Origin: Bigelowiella natans CCMP2755
Lineage: Eukaryota > Protista > Cercozoa
DNA length: 64,000 bases
Assembly: GCA_000320545.1 (NCBI GenBank)
Contig: ADNK01000029.1
Coordinates: 141,057 to 205,056, forward strand
Direction: 5' to 3'
Below are positions 1-14,483 of this stretch, in pieces. Below the pieces are notes generated by a model that worked only from the letters and a program-made list of their open reading frames with translations, made no database searches and was not told the DNA's origin. Every line of letters begins with the position of its first letter. The first letter of the stretch is position 1. The translations under genes were made by a program, and so were the position numbers.

Positions 1-25
1 CAGCTCCTTCGTAAAGTAAAAATAA

Positions 26-486
26 TCAGGAAATCAAAGTTGCGATCGGTTGTGCAAGTGTGACCACCTTTCGTCGTTTCTCCAGGAAAACTTGAAGAAA
101 AGCAAGGTAGTTGTTGAATCCGAGTGCTCGCATGGAATCGATGATATCGTTCCCTGTGATGGTTTTTCTATCATCCTTCGCTAACCGATCGCTGGCCTCG
201 CTTGTGATAAATCCTATGAATTCAGTTACGCATTCTTGGATGCAGTCCTTTGCTTCTTTCGCAACCTTCGCGTTCGAAGGAAGGGCTTGTTTCATGATTC
301 GACTGCAAAATTAAAAAATACAAATACAGTTTTTTAGCGGGGATTGCCATTTTACTAGAGAGTTATTGACCTTATATTCGCAATAGGGAGAAGTCGATCT
401 GGATTCGTCTGCGTTATTTGGGGGGCATTATTCGAAGAGGATGGCGCACGAGCGCCATGCTGCTGGTAGCGAAGGGGGGCTGCCAT
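26..486 (-). CDS. NFYB: Nuclear transcription factor Y subunit B (NF-YB/HAP3, histone fold); 3' end may continue off the window
   Basis: Exon 486-371 (MAAPLRY...[11 protein letters not shown]) joins via GT-AG intron 370-303 to [39 protein letters not shown]...[18 protein letters not shown], the canonical NF-YB core. Confidence 0.93.
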
Positions 487-718
487 GTCGCTTCTTCTTC
501 CGCTAGAAGATGGTTCAATTTAGGTGAGCAAGCTACTCGTTATGGTGCATGTATATACAAGAAGGTCTCCGTGCGTGAGATGAGGCGTCCACCGACACGC
601 AGGCAGGCCAAAGCAGGGAAGTAGGGTATGCCACGCGTGGAGGGGGACTGGTGGTGGGTATGAGGTTGTCTGGTGCTGTTCCCGGCTGGATTTGCCTTCT
701 ATTTTCACGAATTAAGGG

Positions 719-773
719 TTGTCGCAGGGAATAAATCGCAAATGAAATGGATCATAATTACCACCTGCGACAA
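719..773. promoter_or_regulatory. Perfect 10-bp inverted repeat TTGTCGCAGG...CCTGCGACAA in the NF-YB/TPR divergent promoter
   Basis: 719-728 and 764-773, 35-bp spacer; the motif recurs in other divergent promoters. Regulatory role is inferred. Confidence 0.45.
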
Positions 774-871
774 AGAAGAACGAACAACGGAAAGCAGCAT
801 TTTCGCCCCTCCTCCCTCCCCCTCCCTTCCTCTCTGCTTCCCTCCCTCTCCAGTGCCGTTGGAACGGAGCC

Positions 872-2618
872 ATGGAGAAGAAGGGCGTCCAAGAATTTAT
901 TAGCACTGGTGCCATACCACGAACGATGGCGACGGCTATGCCTTTGGCCTCACCAGTAAGTCCTGGCGCATCAGTTGGAGCTGACAACAACAACCCGGTT
1001 GCGAGGACAGTCGCGCTGAACAAGGTAACTGCTGCTGCTCACGGGTCTCCGCACATTGTGAAGTACGCACTCCTTTCTTGTGTGTGTAGGCAACAATGAG
1101 GAGCTTGTTCAATATCTCCAACAGAATGGCGAAGAAGGTGCGATATGATACTCCTCAAACTTGAAAAACAACCATCATGACAAACACAATATACTGTATC
1201 TACGTTTCAGACGCAGTTCCATTATCTTCTGGGGATACAATATTTACGCTTCGGACACAGCGTGTTGGTATGTGGCTCTTTCTGCAAATGTGAAAGTTGC
1301 TGGGCGTCCTCATCAAATGCATCTAACAATGATATATTCAGGCTAAGGATCATCTAAAAACGGCTTTGGATGGGTACAGCCCTGCGGCGGATATCTGCCC
1401 ACAGCAGTTTCAAAATATCACCGAGACCAAGGTGCCTGCACTCACTCTCCGGAGGGAGAGGGTGGTGCTATTAATTTTGATTTTAATTTTGATTGATATT
1501 GATTGACAGCTCTAACGATAAATGATTACACAGATGAACTTGGCGTATGCACAGTCGCTGTACGACTTTGCGGCATCCAGCCGTGTCACTGCTCCTGGTA
1601 CAGGCAGGTCGAGAATAGAGGCAGCAGGAGGATACATGGGAGGAAGCAAAGGAACAGCCCCCACAGGCTCCCCAGGCGAAAATAAACACAGGCCGCAGCA
1701 ACTTCGACCTGTAGTGAAAGTGGAAGGGAAGAGTGGAGGAATGCAGCAAACTGGGACACAGGAAGATGTGTATGAGTCAGGAGTATTTGTAGATCGGCCG
1801 GGTGCTCCTGTACCTGAGGAAGTCATCAAGAAAGCCATTGACGATGCAAAATCAGTTCTAATGGAGTTAGTCTCGGTAGCATAAACAGCTGCAGTCTTGA
1901 ACGCAATTTTCCAAAGAGTGACGAACACACCACCAATGATATGTTGCTGTCGTTGTTGCTGCTACTGCTGCTGTTTCGCACAGAATAATAGCACAAGGGC
2001 AGAATGCTGGAACCATCTCGGTCGGCTGCTATTCAATGAAAACGAACCTGCTGTGGCTAGAATGGTCCTTTGTCAATTGCCATCTTTCCCCCTCCCCACT
2101 ATGCAACTTTCACAGTGCACGAGTAACGTATACGCGAAAACCAGAGCGAGAAAGGAAGGGGGAGCGGGGGAAGGGGGAGGAAGGAAGACAAATATCGAAA
2201 AATGTATATAGACGTTCATTCTCGTACTCAGGCCTTCGAGCACATTATAAACTCTTTTCCCGGAAATGACGACCTGGACAACAATCTCGGCTTTCTTCGG
2301 ATACTCACCAATTCCCTCACAAAGGTAGGTTCGTTCATCCATTGGGCGATTTTTAAGCAAACCGGTGTTATAATTCTGATTGATACGTTCGCCATCCATG
2401 CGAAAAGAGAAGGGCACATGAGAGTTAACAATTTGTGTTGTCGTATGTCCTCTCGTGAATGAATCTGCGTAACGCTGCTGCACAGGCTAAGAAGAACTTT
2501 GAGTACATTTTGGAGAGAAATCCTACGCATATGGATGCTCTCAACAACTATGCCGCAATTCTTCTGCAGGATAACAGTAATGATGTTTCAAAGTTCCATT
2601 TCCTCTTGCTCGTCTTTT

Positions 2619-2659
<41 letters not shown>

Positions 2660-3238
2660 ACACACATTTATTTATGTGTGAATGTAAAATATAAATATGT
2701 AATATGTATACCATGCATTCTTGATGCAGTATATGTGTCTGAATGAGCGGTTTGCATATATGGTTGATCATCCAGAATTCCACGAGGCACGGATACTCCT
2801 TGGGCTCGGTTTGAAGCAGAATCAAGTGAGAAACTTTTGTTCAAAATAATCGTTGACCACTAGCAATTTTCCATCATCATCATCATCATCATCATCATCT
2901 TAACCATCATCACATCGTCGTCATTATCGTCATCGTCATCATCTTATTATTGTCAGTCTGAGCCACATATGTGGAATTCCCTGGCGATCTCGTACCTGAT
3001 GCAGCATCAACACACACAAGCAAGGAGTTGCATAGACGAAGTAAGTACCGAGCTCACTCTCGATATATGTATATATATATATATATATATATTGTGAACG
3101 ACTATTGATTCTCAGCTTTTTGCTGATGTGGTTCATAGGCGCGCAAGACCGCGAAGTTTCATACAGGGGCACAGTGGAGCATTCGGTAATAGTAATGATG
3201 ATATCATCCTTTGTGCTACTACTCTGTCCTCGATCAGT

Positions 3239-3271
<33 letters not shown>

Positions 3272-4610
3272 CATCTCTCTGCCGTAGATACGACGTTGCT
3301 GCTGTACCGTGTTAGAGGAAGAGAGAGGGAGGAGTGTGGAAAAGGAAGAACCACGAGTGATCTTATCGAAAGTGAGAAAGTAATGCGACATTGCTGTCCA
3401 ATCTGAATCAGATTCACCACTGCGAATTACCTCCTAAACGTGCTGCGATCCCGCGAAAAGTCAATAGACAGGCATGACTGCATCAAGGGAGCTCAGAATC
3501 TTCTGGAGTCGGTGTTGCAGTATGAAGAGACCTCGGACGTGCACGTTGCTCTGTCGAAGCTGTACCAAGCGAGGCGCCAGGAGCTGATGAGAGACGTCTT
3601 CATGAAGAGGAGACGGTTGCAGCAAAGGCCGAGCAGTATGTGCTCTAGTAGCTCCGATGATGAATTCAAGGAGGACAGGGCCAAAGCAGAGGCTTGGGGT
3701 CAGAAAAGGGAAGATCATCTCGTGAAGGCGGTGCAGATGGATCGCTTGAATAGACATGCGTGGAACGAGTTGGGCCTGTTGTTCTTGGAGAGGGGGGTTC
3801 TTGATAAGGCAATTACGTACTTTAAAGAGGCCGTGTACCTTGATCGGAATCAATGTGCCGTGTGGATAAATCTGGGAGTCGCTTACCATCTTGCCGGACA
3901 CCTTGAAGAGACAAAAAGGTACATCATCGTGCGTGCGTGCGTGCGCGCATATTTTAATGTCTCTTCCCATTCCTATATTATTCAGCAGCATATTAATGCG
4001 GGTATTTTCACAGTTTTATTGTTCATTTTCTTCCCCATCTTTCATAAATAAATAAATGTGGCTACATACGTACAGGGTATTAGAGAGAGCTCTGCAACTG
4101 GATCCAACATCCGTGGAGGCTCGGAACAACCTCGCAAACCTCTACAAGAAGCAAGGAGAGGTAATAATTTCCATTTATATCCCCATCCCCCAACCTTACA
4201 TGTCACTGTTCAGTTGCAAAAAGCCAAGAACGAGTACATCAAGTGCCTCAGTGATCTCAGCGCTAGCCTCAGAGTTCATAATCAAGGACTCGAACGCACT
4301 ACTCAAGCCGCTGGAATACCAATACGTCCAAAGGAGGAGCTGGAATATCAAATAGCGCAGACTCACAACAACCTTGCCCTGGTTCGACAAGTTGCTTGTA
4401 TGTATTTTTGTTGTTGTAACGACCGAAATTGTGTGCCAAATACCTCAGGTTTTCATACGAGAGGGGAACTTCAAAAGTGCTATGCAAAATCTACAAATGG
4501 CTGAGCGACATGCACCTTTGACTTGTGTCAAGAAAAACAGGGAGAAACTGAATAAGCTGATACAAGGCGAATCTGGTGGGGGAGTAGGAACAGAGAACAA
4601 AAATGGTTAA
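872..4610 (+). CDS. Multi-exon tetratricopeptide-repeat (TPR) protein
   Basis: TPR-like exons: AECWNHLGRLL, HMDALNNYAAIL, HAWNELGLLFLERGVLDKAITYFKEAVYLD, AVWINLGVAYHLAG, LERALQLDPTSVEARNNLANLYKKQG, AQTHNNLAL. Stop at 4608-4610. Exon boundaries approximate. Confidence 0.8.
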
Positions 4611-5311
4611 GCTTGAACAACACATTCATTGTGCACGTATCTAGCCAGTTCATAAGTAATGCAGACTATAAGACAATGTTGAGTAGATAGTTCCCACGAA
4701 GCGTCATGCATGTTGACAGATCGCGTCATGATGACTCAATGATGCACACACATGCATGATTCAATGCTACATGGTGCACAACATCTTGAGCATGATTTTG
4801 TTACGGTTCCTAAGAGCATAGCTAGATAGGCACGTGCTAGGTAAGAAGTCAGAGTAGCATGCTAGCATGGTCGCGCACGCTAGCACGCCTGCATCGCACA
4901 CACAGTGAAACTCTAGCTGGAATTCAGATCGAAAGAGAAATCATCTACGCGATTGAGCATAGATTCTCCTGCGCAACCAATCAGAAGCGACGCGCCAGAG
5001 ATAGTGCCAGTAGTAGTTTCTTGTTGCATGCTAGCATGCGCTGCCTAGCTGGGATCCGTCATGTTTGTAGTCCAGACAGGCTCTATAGATAGGTGGGTAC
5101 ATAGCAGCTTTCTACTAGCACGCATCTAGTATCTGTAATGTATCGCAGCGTCAGGCATGCACATAAATGGTATTAGAGCTTGCTTTGAGGTATAATGAAC
5201 AGCGAAATATTACACTACTTGTAACTCTAACTGGAAGCTACGATAGGCAAATAATTTTTGCGCAGTTTGTAAATTATTGTGAGTCGATCCTCAAAAGCCC
5301 TTTTGAATTAT

Positions 5312-5929
5312 TCACGCCTTTGAATTTCCAGCCTTGAAGGCGACACGCCATGAACGTAGATCTTCAGCGAGCTCTGATAAAATACTGAACTCAGTGCTTG
5401 TTCTAGGGTTTGATCAGTAATATTCATGGTTTCATACCAGGAGAGAGAGGTGCGTTGTGCTTCTCAAAGATGCCAATCAGCGCTTTACGAGCTTCAGTGA
5501 CAGCCTTCGGGTTCTGAAAGTAGAAAGTGGTTGAAGAGAGAGAATGAAATTTACATGTTTTATTGTATCACCGTGATCGATTCCTGCTGAGCTTGAACCT
5601 TTTTCAACATTCTGAAAAGAATTGGCTGTGAGCTAATCTATAAACATTCCCATACCTGCAGTAACTAATATTCATCCTCTTTATATATATTGCAGGAATT
5701 CTTTCTAACTATTTGTAGATTTTTTTCCCGTATCATAATCTCGGAACAAAGCCCACATAGAGTACCGACACCTTTGCATCATTTCCGCCTCATGCTGGGT
5801 GAACCATAGCTCCTCAGCAGCATGACCACGATCCTTGAAGCTATCTCCTGAAAACCTTCGCATAGCTACTGCAGGGCGGAAGGATGCGCGTTGGATTCGT
5901 GGGAGAGCGCGTAGGGCTGATCGTAACAT
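5312..5929 (-). CDS. ATPIF1: Mitochondrial F1Fo-ATPase inhibitor IF1-like small protein (4 exons)
   Basis: Arg/Ala-rich presequence MLRSALRALPRIQRASFRPAVAMRRFS, then IF1-like GDSFKDRGHAAEELWFTQHEAEMMQR. Spliced to MLKKVQAQQESIT / NPKAVTEARKALIGIFEKHNAPLSP / ELAEDLRSWRVAFKAGNSKA*. Confidence 0.7.
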
Positions 5930-6603
5930 CGTGATACTTTGAGTAGTGGGTAGTGGGTATGTGTGAAATCTTCACCTGGGGACCAATGATACGAAAAAGG
6001 GGTCTATTTTATCAGAACGACAACGAAAAATAAGGTAGTCGTCGTATTAGCTCCAAGTTTAGACCTGCTCGAGAGGACATTTGACATGCAAGGAATGTCC
6101 CAAAAATCAGTGGAGATTCACGGCTCCTTCGTATCAGACTTCGAAAATTGCAGTGTCCTTCGATCATTTTTTTCTCAAAGTTAGACTTAATCTGCTTTAG
6201 CCGGGTAAAATTTTCAAAATTTGTGGAACCGGATCGAAATTTTTTGGGATATTTCCTCATCAGGATTTCTGGATTTCCATTGATCTATGGATTTCCTGAT
6301 TTCATCGGCATTTTTGCTGCACATGCATTTCGGGGCATTTGTTACCAAATTCACGGATGTTTGATGTCTGTCGCAGGAAAGGAATCAATGGGATTCAAGC
6401 CATACGCCAACATAAACTCGAATAATAATGCAGTCCAGCCGCACATCAGACAGTCCAAACTTCCTTGTATTTCAACACGATGGCTCGAAATTTCTAGGAA
6501 ATGTCTTCCTAGATGATTGTCGCAGGGTATGAAACGCATTGCAAAGTTGTCTACGTGATACATCACCCGATCGTCATTTGAACGAGCCCCCCCGAAAAGG
6601 CCA

Positions 6604-8405
6604 ATGGTGGGTGAGGAGAAGAATTCTGCGGAGGTGACCGCGAAGGAGCCTGCTAAACAAAGGTCAGAAGAGGCGAAAAGCGATACCAGAAAGCCCACTT
6701 CTGGATTCTGCGCAAAGCAGGGATGTGGCAAAGTAGCGACGCTTCAGTGCCCAAAGGTATCATCGCAAGTGCAGCTATGAGGCTCATGAGGTTTAAGTGT
6801 TTACCAATTTATAACCAGTGTTTGAAACTTGGGTTGCCGAGCACATATTTCTGCGACAAAACTTGTTTCAAGGATGCTTGGAATGCGCACAAAGCTGTCC
6901 ACAAAGGTAGAAACAAGCCCGCAACATGTAAGCATGTAGGTAAACTTACACCGGCAATCTTTGTTTGCTACCAACCGTCGTCCGTAGAAGCAGCACTCCG
7001 GCTTGCATTCAAACCCCCTCCGTTCAACTATACTGGAAAGCTTAGACCTCACTATGTAACGCCGATGCGGAAAGTGCCCGCACACATTAAGAAACCCGAT
7101 TATGCAGATACCGGTAAACCACCAAATTTCTTTTCCTGTATACGGCAGGCAGATATCGCTGTGAGAGGAATGATCCGGTTTCAATAAATACTTTGCGTAC
7201 GCATTGCATATTGTACGTAAATTCAATTATGCATTGTGTTCTCACTTACTAGGTAAGCCCGTATCAGAAAACACTCCAGCCAGAGATAAGATCGTCATTC
7301 ACACAAAGGAGCAAATCAAGGTGGGTAGGCCATTGTAGGAACAGATGCTGTGGTGATTTATCAGTTGGGAAGGAGACCGTGTCATCTGCTTTTTTAATAT
7401 TTCTAACGGGAATACCATGAGTTAAAACATAAAATGAACCAAAAAAAACTAATGGTGGCCATACTATGATCTTCGACGCAAATCAGCGTATCCGTCATAT
7501 ATGCAAAATCGGAAGAGAGGTTCTCGATTTAGCCGGCCAAATGGTGAAACCTGGAGTCACTACCGAAGCAATAGATGCGAAGGTGTGGTAGTGATTTTCC
7601 AATTATATGTGAGCGGTCTTTGATGACGATGTAAGGCATGATCTCAAAATACGCGCGCGCGTGTGTGTGTGTGTGTTGATGATGAAGAAGGCGATGCTGA
7701 GTGATAATTATTGCGAAAATCGTTCATTTATATACTCACCTCTGGTTGATCCGATATCTGGAAATACGACTATTCTCATCGCCGCCATTGTTCAGGTTCA
7801 TGAATGGAGTATCGAGCGTGGCGCATATCCATCTCCACTCAACTATCATTTCTTTCCTAAATCTTGTTGCACTTCTCCCAACGAGGTTTGCTAGCGTGTT
7901 AATGTAGAGCGATAAGTAAACCATTAACAGTCCTCCAACCGCTTTCTCAGCAGTGTTACTACTACGATCATTGTCGCATACAGTGAGACGACTGCACCTT
8001 TACATTCATAAAATCGAAGCACCGAAAAACGATGCGTGAATTTCCATTAGGTGATCTGCCACGGGATCCCAGATGCCAGGCCGCTCGAAGATGGCGATAT
8101 CGTTAACATAGACATCAGTGTTTACAAAAGTCAGTTCAACCTGGATGCTCTCGAAACCCTGCTATTTGTAACATATCTCCCATGACGCATATTCTTCTTC
8201 GGTCTTTGATGCGGTGCTGTGTAGACGGATTTCACGGCGACTTGAACGAAACCTTTTTGGTTGGTAATGTGGACGACGAGTCAAAGCACTTAGTGAAGAC
8301 TACCTACGACAGTCTCATGTTGGCCATCAAGGTAATGTGTGTGTGGATCGCATCGCGCGCATGATTTCAAGAAGACCAGTGTGCTTGTGTGTTTGTGTGA
8401 GAGAG

Positions 8406-8452
<47 letters not shown>

Positions 8453-9527
8453 CGGGGTGGTTAAGAGAAAATTAACAATTTTATCTAAATAATAAGGCAT
8501 GCAAGCCTGGCATGTTCGTCCGTGATTTTGGAAAGATAATAAGCAAACACTGCAATAAGCGCAGACTTTCTGTCGTGCGAAGGTAACTAAGATTGTCCGC
8601 ACCCATCTTCCATCGCGCTAGGAATATAGCACGCTCCTTCGTATTATCGTTAGTTTGTGATATTTTCCCCCCATCCTCTCGGGTCTCTGTGTTATATTTC
8701 ATTGAAGCATTTTTCCTTGCACACGCGCACACCTGCTGGACTAAATTCTGAGCCTTCGCTCGTCATCCATAAAAAGAATTTCCAACGACGTTTAGTGGAA
8801 GCGTGAAAATGCACGTTGTGGCAAGGAAGATGATGTTGCGCCTATTTACTGTAAACATGGGAGAGATTCTTCTGTCTCGTTATCATCCTATGGGCGGTCG
8901 GTCCCTCGCATCTTTGTTGATGATGTGTGACCTTGTGGCTTATGATCAGTTACTGCGGACATGGCATTGGGGAGATGTTCCATTGCGCACCAAACGTGCC
9001 GCACTATTCCAAGAACAAGGCCATTGGCATCTGCAAGCCGGGGATGGTGTTCACGATAGAGCCGATGATCAACATCAGTCAGTATCCAATGTCGTTAGTA
9101 GGAATTATTTACTTGTTGAAAAAGAAGAATATATGAAATTCAGAAAGATGGATGCGCTACGTGATACGAGATGATATCCTTTCGAAAGAAACGACTTTTA
9201 GATTCAGCACGTGTTCCCTGGTTATGCCCGCTGCTGCACCTAATTCGCTTTAACATTATTTATCTTCATTTTTCGATCCATAGGATCTTTTCGGGACAAA
9301 ACGTGGCCTGACGGGTGGACCTCTGTCACTGCTGATGGATTGAGATCTGCGCAATTCGAGCACACATTGCTTGTTACCGAGACTGGATGCGAGGTTGATT
9401 ACTGCATGGATGTCGTTGAGATATTATTTCCTGACTAAATGACCCATGCATCTAGGTTCTTACAGCGAGGACGAAAAATTCTGTCCCTTTTCACTGGGAA
9501 AAGGAAGAACAGAAAGCAAAGTCATAA
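6604..9527 (+). CDS. METAP1: Methionine aminopeptidase 1 with N-terminal C6H2 zinc finger
   Basis: [40 protein letters not shown] zinc finger; [81 protein letters not shown]. Stop TAA 9525-9527. Confidence 0.96.
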
Positions 9528-10457
9528 TAATTTGCTGGAGAAAAGCATTCTGTTCACTGTTGTCGCGTAATTTCATTTAGAAGCTAGGAATTTAGTTGTA
9601 TTCCATTTTTTTGTGAAATATGTTAATGAAATAACATCTGCTAGTCTGGATGGACGAGACCGCAGTGCATGTTTAGCAGATAGAATGCAATAATTAGTAT
9701 GGTTAAATGGTACCAACATCTGCTTATGACGATTCAGCTAGTCAGCTATATGCGTTTGTCGCATGCAATCGAGCTATATTTTGACTAGTCTACTAGACGC
9801 ACCGCGGCACTCTAGCACTGCTAGACTGTACAAATCATGCACATGTGCGCTATGTGCTATGTATCCGTGACGCCTAGCTAGCTAGTGGACCTTCGAAGCC
9901 GCACACGAAAACACGAAAAGGACTATATTTTTTCTGCATGATGGGCATGTTGTCTAAGGTGTAGCAAAATCGCCGCTGGCACCCGGTTTATTTGTGAGAA
10001 GCTACGGCAAAGCCTAAGGCTAAAAGCGCGCGCACTACTAGTTTAAACTGTGAAGCTGGCTGATGAATGGTACCATTGTGCATTTAGACATGGCGACGGG
10101 CGTATGGCTCGCTAGCCCTCTACATCTAGATATATGCAGCTGGCACGCTTGCTAGCTTGTACCGAATTATTTACTGCAGGCCTCCGGGACAGCCGCCGCC
10201 TACTACTACCACTCTTGCCCATTCTCCTGATACCCTTTAATGCACCAAATTGGTGCGCACGCATGTTTTCGTTGGCTAGTCATTACTTCCTTTTTCAGGC
10301 TCTTTTATTGAAGAAGGTTCTATGAACACACACTTCCTTTTAATCTGAAGATCCGAATGATTCAGTATTGCTTGCTGTATTGACGCCTTAACGCTAGATA
10401 CGGGGGAATACCAACCAAACAGTTAACAATCTTGCAGACTATTCAACTATCAAAAAG

Positions 10458-10493
<36 letters not shown>

Positions 10494-10585
10494 TTTTTCT
10501 ATCAGACAGGTAAAATACACATATGATCGAAATGCAATTAGATTACACTACATCACTTATGCCAACGGGTTACGCGTAGCTGCAA

Positions 10586-11894
10586 CTATACCTGTTTCTC
10601 CTCACTGATTGCTACGTATTCTGCATACAGACTAGCGATACGAATCTTCGCCTCCTCAAGAACGGCTTCCAAGTTAACTTTCTCAGGATTATAGCCGTTG
10701 AGAAGTCTGCTCTCTACCCACCACTCAGAAAATCCTTTTCCAAAGGCAAACCACTCTTCCCAGAGCTACATTTTTGAACAAAGGAAAGACAGCAATCAGA
10801 TAATATGTGAAACAGGAGACTTTGGGGAATATTATTTATCGCCCACCTCGCTACAGCCTGGGACGTGAGTCAACTTTCTGCATCCTTTGTAGATCCGATC
10901 CTGAATGTTGTCAATAATCAGTTTGGGGGGGGGGGGGCAGTGCATCTACTGATCTTAGCCTCCTCCTTCCTCTTCTTCTACAACAACTACGAGAAATACT
11001 ACCCTAGTTACTCCTAGCACATGATTGAGCGACTTGGAACCAATGGCTGCTTTCTTTTGATTCTTTTTTTTGGATCCAGACTTGGCTAGTAGCTTTTCTT
11101 TCGAAGGGGGAAATTCCTTGATCTCCCCTCTACGCAGAGGACCAAACAGACCTCCTTTCAAGTTTTCCCGTAAACGCCTGATGGTTAAATTCGTAATATC
11201 AGTTGAGAATTGTTCTTTCTGCAGTAGAGAGCCCCCCCTGCCAGCCCTTCAGTGCTCTCCTTCCTCTGGCGATGTAATTACCTACGGATGACGTACTCTG
11301 AAGACTTCACTTTGACTAAGCCAATAACCTGCAGGACATATAGAAGCGTTTGCATCATCATCATCATCATCATCATCATCTCCATCCCTGTTGCTCTTTT
11401 GCCTATCACCCAACTAGATTCGGATATGAACAGTCGTTATGTACGATGTCGCAAGGTAACAGATACCGCATCTGATTTCGCATCTGTGAGGTATAGAACA
11501 GCGCCTTCAGTATTGGGCATATCACGAATCTCGTTGACAACTCCCTCGAGCTCTGATTCCATATAAGTAAAATAAGTAAAACGCAAAAAGCACTAATTTT
11601 CGGCCACTTTAGGGAGGTGGTAGCAGCTAACCATATCAATACATAAATAAATAAATAAATATATATATATATATATATATACAGACTACACTCACGGATT
11701 CACATCAAACGAAGGGGAGAACGAGGAGAACGCAACCTTGAATCGTATGCTGCTTGAAATATACATGACCGATGTACTTCTTGCCGTCCAGTTTATACCC
11801 CCCCGAAGCTGCGATTGATACGGATTGGGAAAAAGTCATTTCGACGCTGCACATCCATGTCTTCACACAAATACTCGTTGGGTTTGCAACAGTC

Positions 11895-11942
<48 letters not shown>

Positions 11943-14483
11943 TGGTTCTTTGCTTCCCCTCCCGAAGAAGGCAAGGCTCGGCGGGCACACCTCTTATTCT
12001 GTTTTTATGCGATTCCTTGTTGAGCACGTCTTCCAGCTCCCCGGGACTATATACATACATACATACATACATACATACACATACCGAGGAGGAGAAGAGA
12101 GGGGTAGTACACAAACAAAACAAATCACATTCCGAATGTTGCGTTGTTGTAGCTCACGTTTTCCAGGTGGTGATTGTTTCTATTTTCAGTTACGGTCAAT
12201 ATCGTAGTGGTAGACTTGGAGGGGACAGCTTGACCCCTATGCCCACCTTATAGGCTTCTTTCGCTTTGGTGGCACTGGTGCAGACATCGTAGGATGGATT
12301 TGATCGATTCCAAACGACTATATGAAGGCACGTGATTCAGCATCGTCGTCATCATGATGATAATGGGTCATCATCATCATCATCATGATCATCATCATTA
12401 TCATCATATATCCATCTCAATCTAAACTCGCCTATCACTCTCCCCGTTGTCTTTCAAACACCATTGAGTACCTTGAAGAACGTAAATGCGTCTTTCGGGT
12501 GTACCTTTCAAGAGAAATTAACAAAAAAGGAAAAAAGCAAAATGAGCTGCAAAAAGAAAAGGGTGATATTGAAGGCTGCTTTGCTCAATTACTGGTCTTC
12601 CCCGCAGATCCAATACCGAATAGCACTCCATATAAAGAGAATTAATCGGAACGATGTGCTCGTACCATGGCGTGTTGATTTCAGCCATTATTGTTCCATA
12701 CCTGGTTGTACCATGTTATAGATCACTTGAACGTGAGTGTTGTGCTTGTGTAGTTGTGTATGCATGTAGCATAGACAAAATTTTCGCTTATATCTTTGCC
12801 AGTCATTCCTACTAGCCAAAGGTCTTACTTCTGGCTCATCTCAGAGACGAACAGGGAACGTTGTTCCTGCATTAAAGATTGGGAAGTTTCATGACAATGA
12901 AGACAAAAAGTTCTTTAAACAATATATAAATATTATATTAATTATATATTTACAATATACATATTTTACGTATGACTGAATCATCCAAATTTAGTGGTTA
13001 CCTTTGAGAGCCCTAAGAACCAGTTTGAATATCTTGCATTCATGGAAAACAACCAATACAGCAACAGCGCAATTCCATCAGTTCGGTAGCGTTCTTAAGC
13101 AGCGTGAAAAAAACAGACTCACAAGAGGCAGATGAACTGAGCTGGGACACTAGGATTGTCAGCAGGTACACTGAGGCAATTCATATTTAGCATTCAGCAC
13201 TCGGCAAGGGAGGGAGGGAGGGAGGGAGGGAGGGAGGCCTCACTCGTTACAATCTTCTATTTTGTTCTTCAAGTTTGGTAGAGAATAAGAAATATGCACG
13301 TACTATTTTTCGACTGGCTGCTCCGCGGGCCAGACCATGCAGGTATTCTTAGATCCCCTGCACAGCAATCAGCATTTACTAAATACATCTATATTTCAAA
13401 AATAATATAGGTGCTACATATTAAGCCATCAGCAACTTACGCGACTAGGTATGGGATTTCATCTGCGACAAGGCATCCCAGCTTCGCGTTCTCTCCTAAT
13501 TGTTATGATTTCAAATCTATTACTCGAAAATTGAAAATGTTGCTCAATTCAAGTGAACGCCGTACCATTCGATTTCGCTGTGGTGTAGAAACCTCCAGCA
13601 TCGTTTATTGTTTTTCCTGGGTAGACAATGAGATCCGAGACGACACAAAGTAGGCATGTAAATAGCATCACTGAGCTGTTGCTATGAAATGGCTCAATGG
13701 ATAGGGAAAAACAAACCATCATAGAAGAAAATTGCAGCGGAAGCATTTGACTCTTCGTCTTCATCGCTTGCAACCAGGCCACTAAATTTGGGTATTCCCT
13801 AAGAGGAGGATTGATCCTTACTTAATCGAGAATGATACATCCTTTGGTTTATAGAGGAACAATTTTCAGCAATAATTACCTTAAAGATACGAGTAATCCG
13901 TTTTGTGCCTCCTCCTCCTCCTCCTCCACCTTTGCCGCCGCCTTTGGATGTGACAATGATCCTATGCAATCCACGTGGCATGAGCTCCCGTAGCATCGGA
14001 GACACAGTGTAGCTGATGATAATTCATTTTTAAGCAACAGATCATCTACAGTAATCTCATATATACTGGTCTTACAGGCCATCGTCGCTCATGCCCCCAG
14101 CCACGGATTTATACGGTCTTCCCCTCTTGCTGTTCAGCCATTTCCTAAACTTAAAAATCTCCAGGCGGAACCCCGTAATTTCAATAGAGTGCTTTTCATA
14201 GTCAAGCACTTGTGGTGTCTTTTTCTGCACAAATGGATGAGCGTTGAGGAAAGCAACCAGAGCCTAAGAGGAATTCATTACTATTATTTTCGCATTTTCA
14301 TATAGTTCCTTCACTGTACGATTTCGCAAAGCAAACACATCACGATGACAGGAAATGCGTTCGAACTTTATAGATTACCTTATCCCTCTGATCAGGAGTA
14401 GTAGCTTTCTTGAAATCGCTGTACGCGCCGCAAACGTTCTCACATTCGATGTCACTTGGGAGGGACCGTGCCTTGGACGCCAT
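10586..14483 (-). CDS. Stand-alone ATP-dependent RNA ligase (Rnl1/Trl1-type adenylyltransferase fold), split over many short exons
   Basis: Hand-spliced: LMPRGL...GIPKFSGLVASDED...YTTAKSN|GENAK (motif I KxNG, Lys codon 13575-13573), LVA|GSKNT (Ia), GTIMAEINTPWYEHIV (III), NTEGAVLYL (IV, Glu 11508-11506), VIGLVKVKSSEYVIRR|RLRE (V, 11313-11302). Exons 12310-11730 and the stop are less certain. Confidence 0.82.

Noticed and set aside
6245-6305. Repeated GGATTTC(C)-like words in the IF1/MetAP promoter
   Set aside because: Short, irregular, and not clearly repeated in the other promoters.
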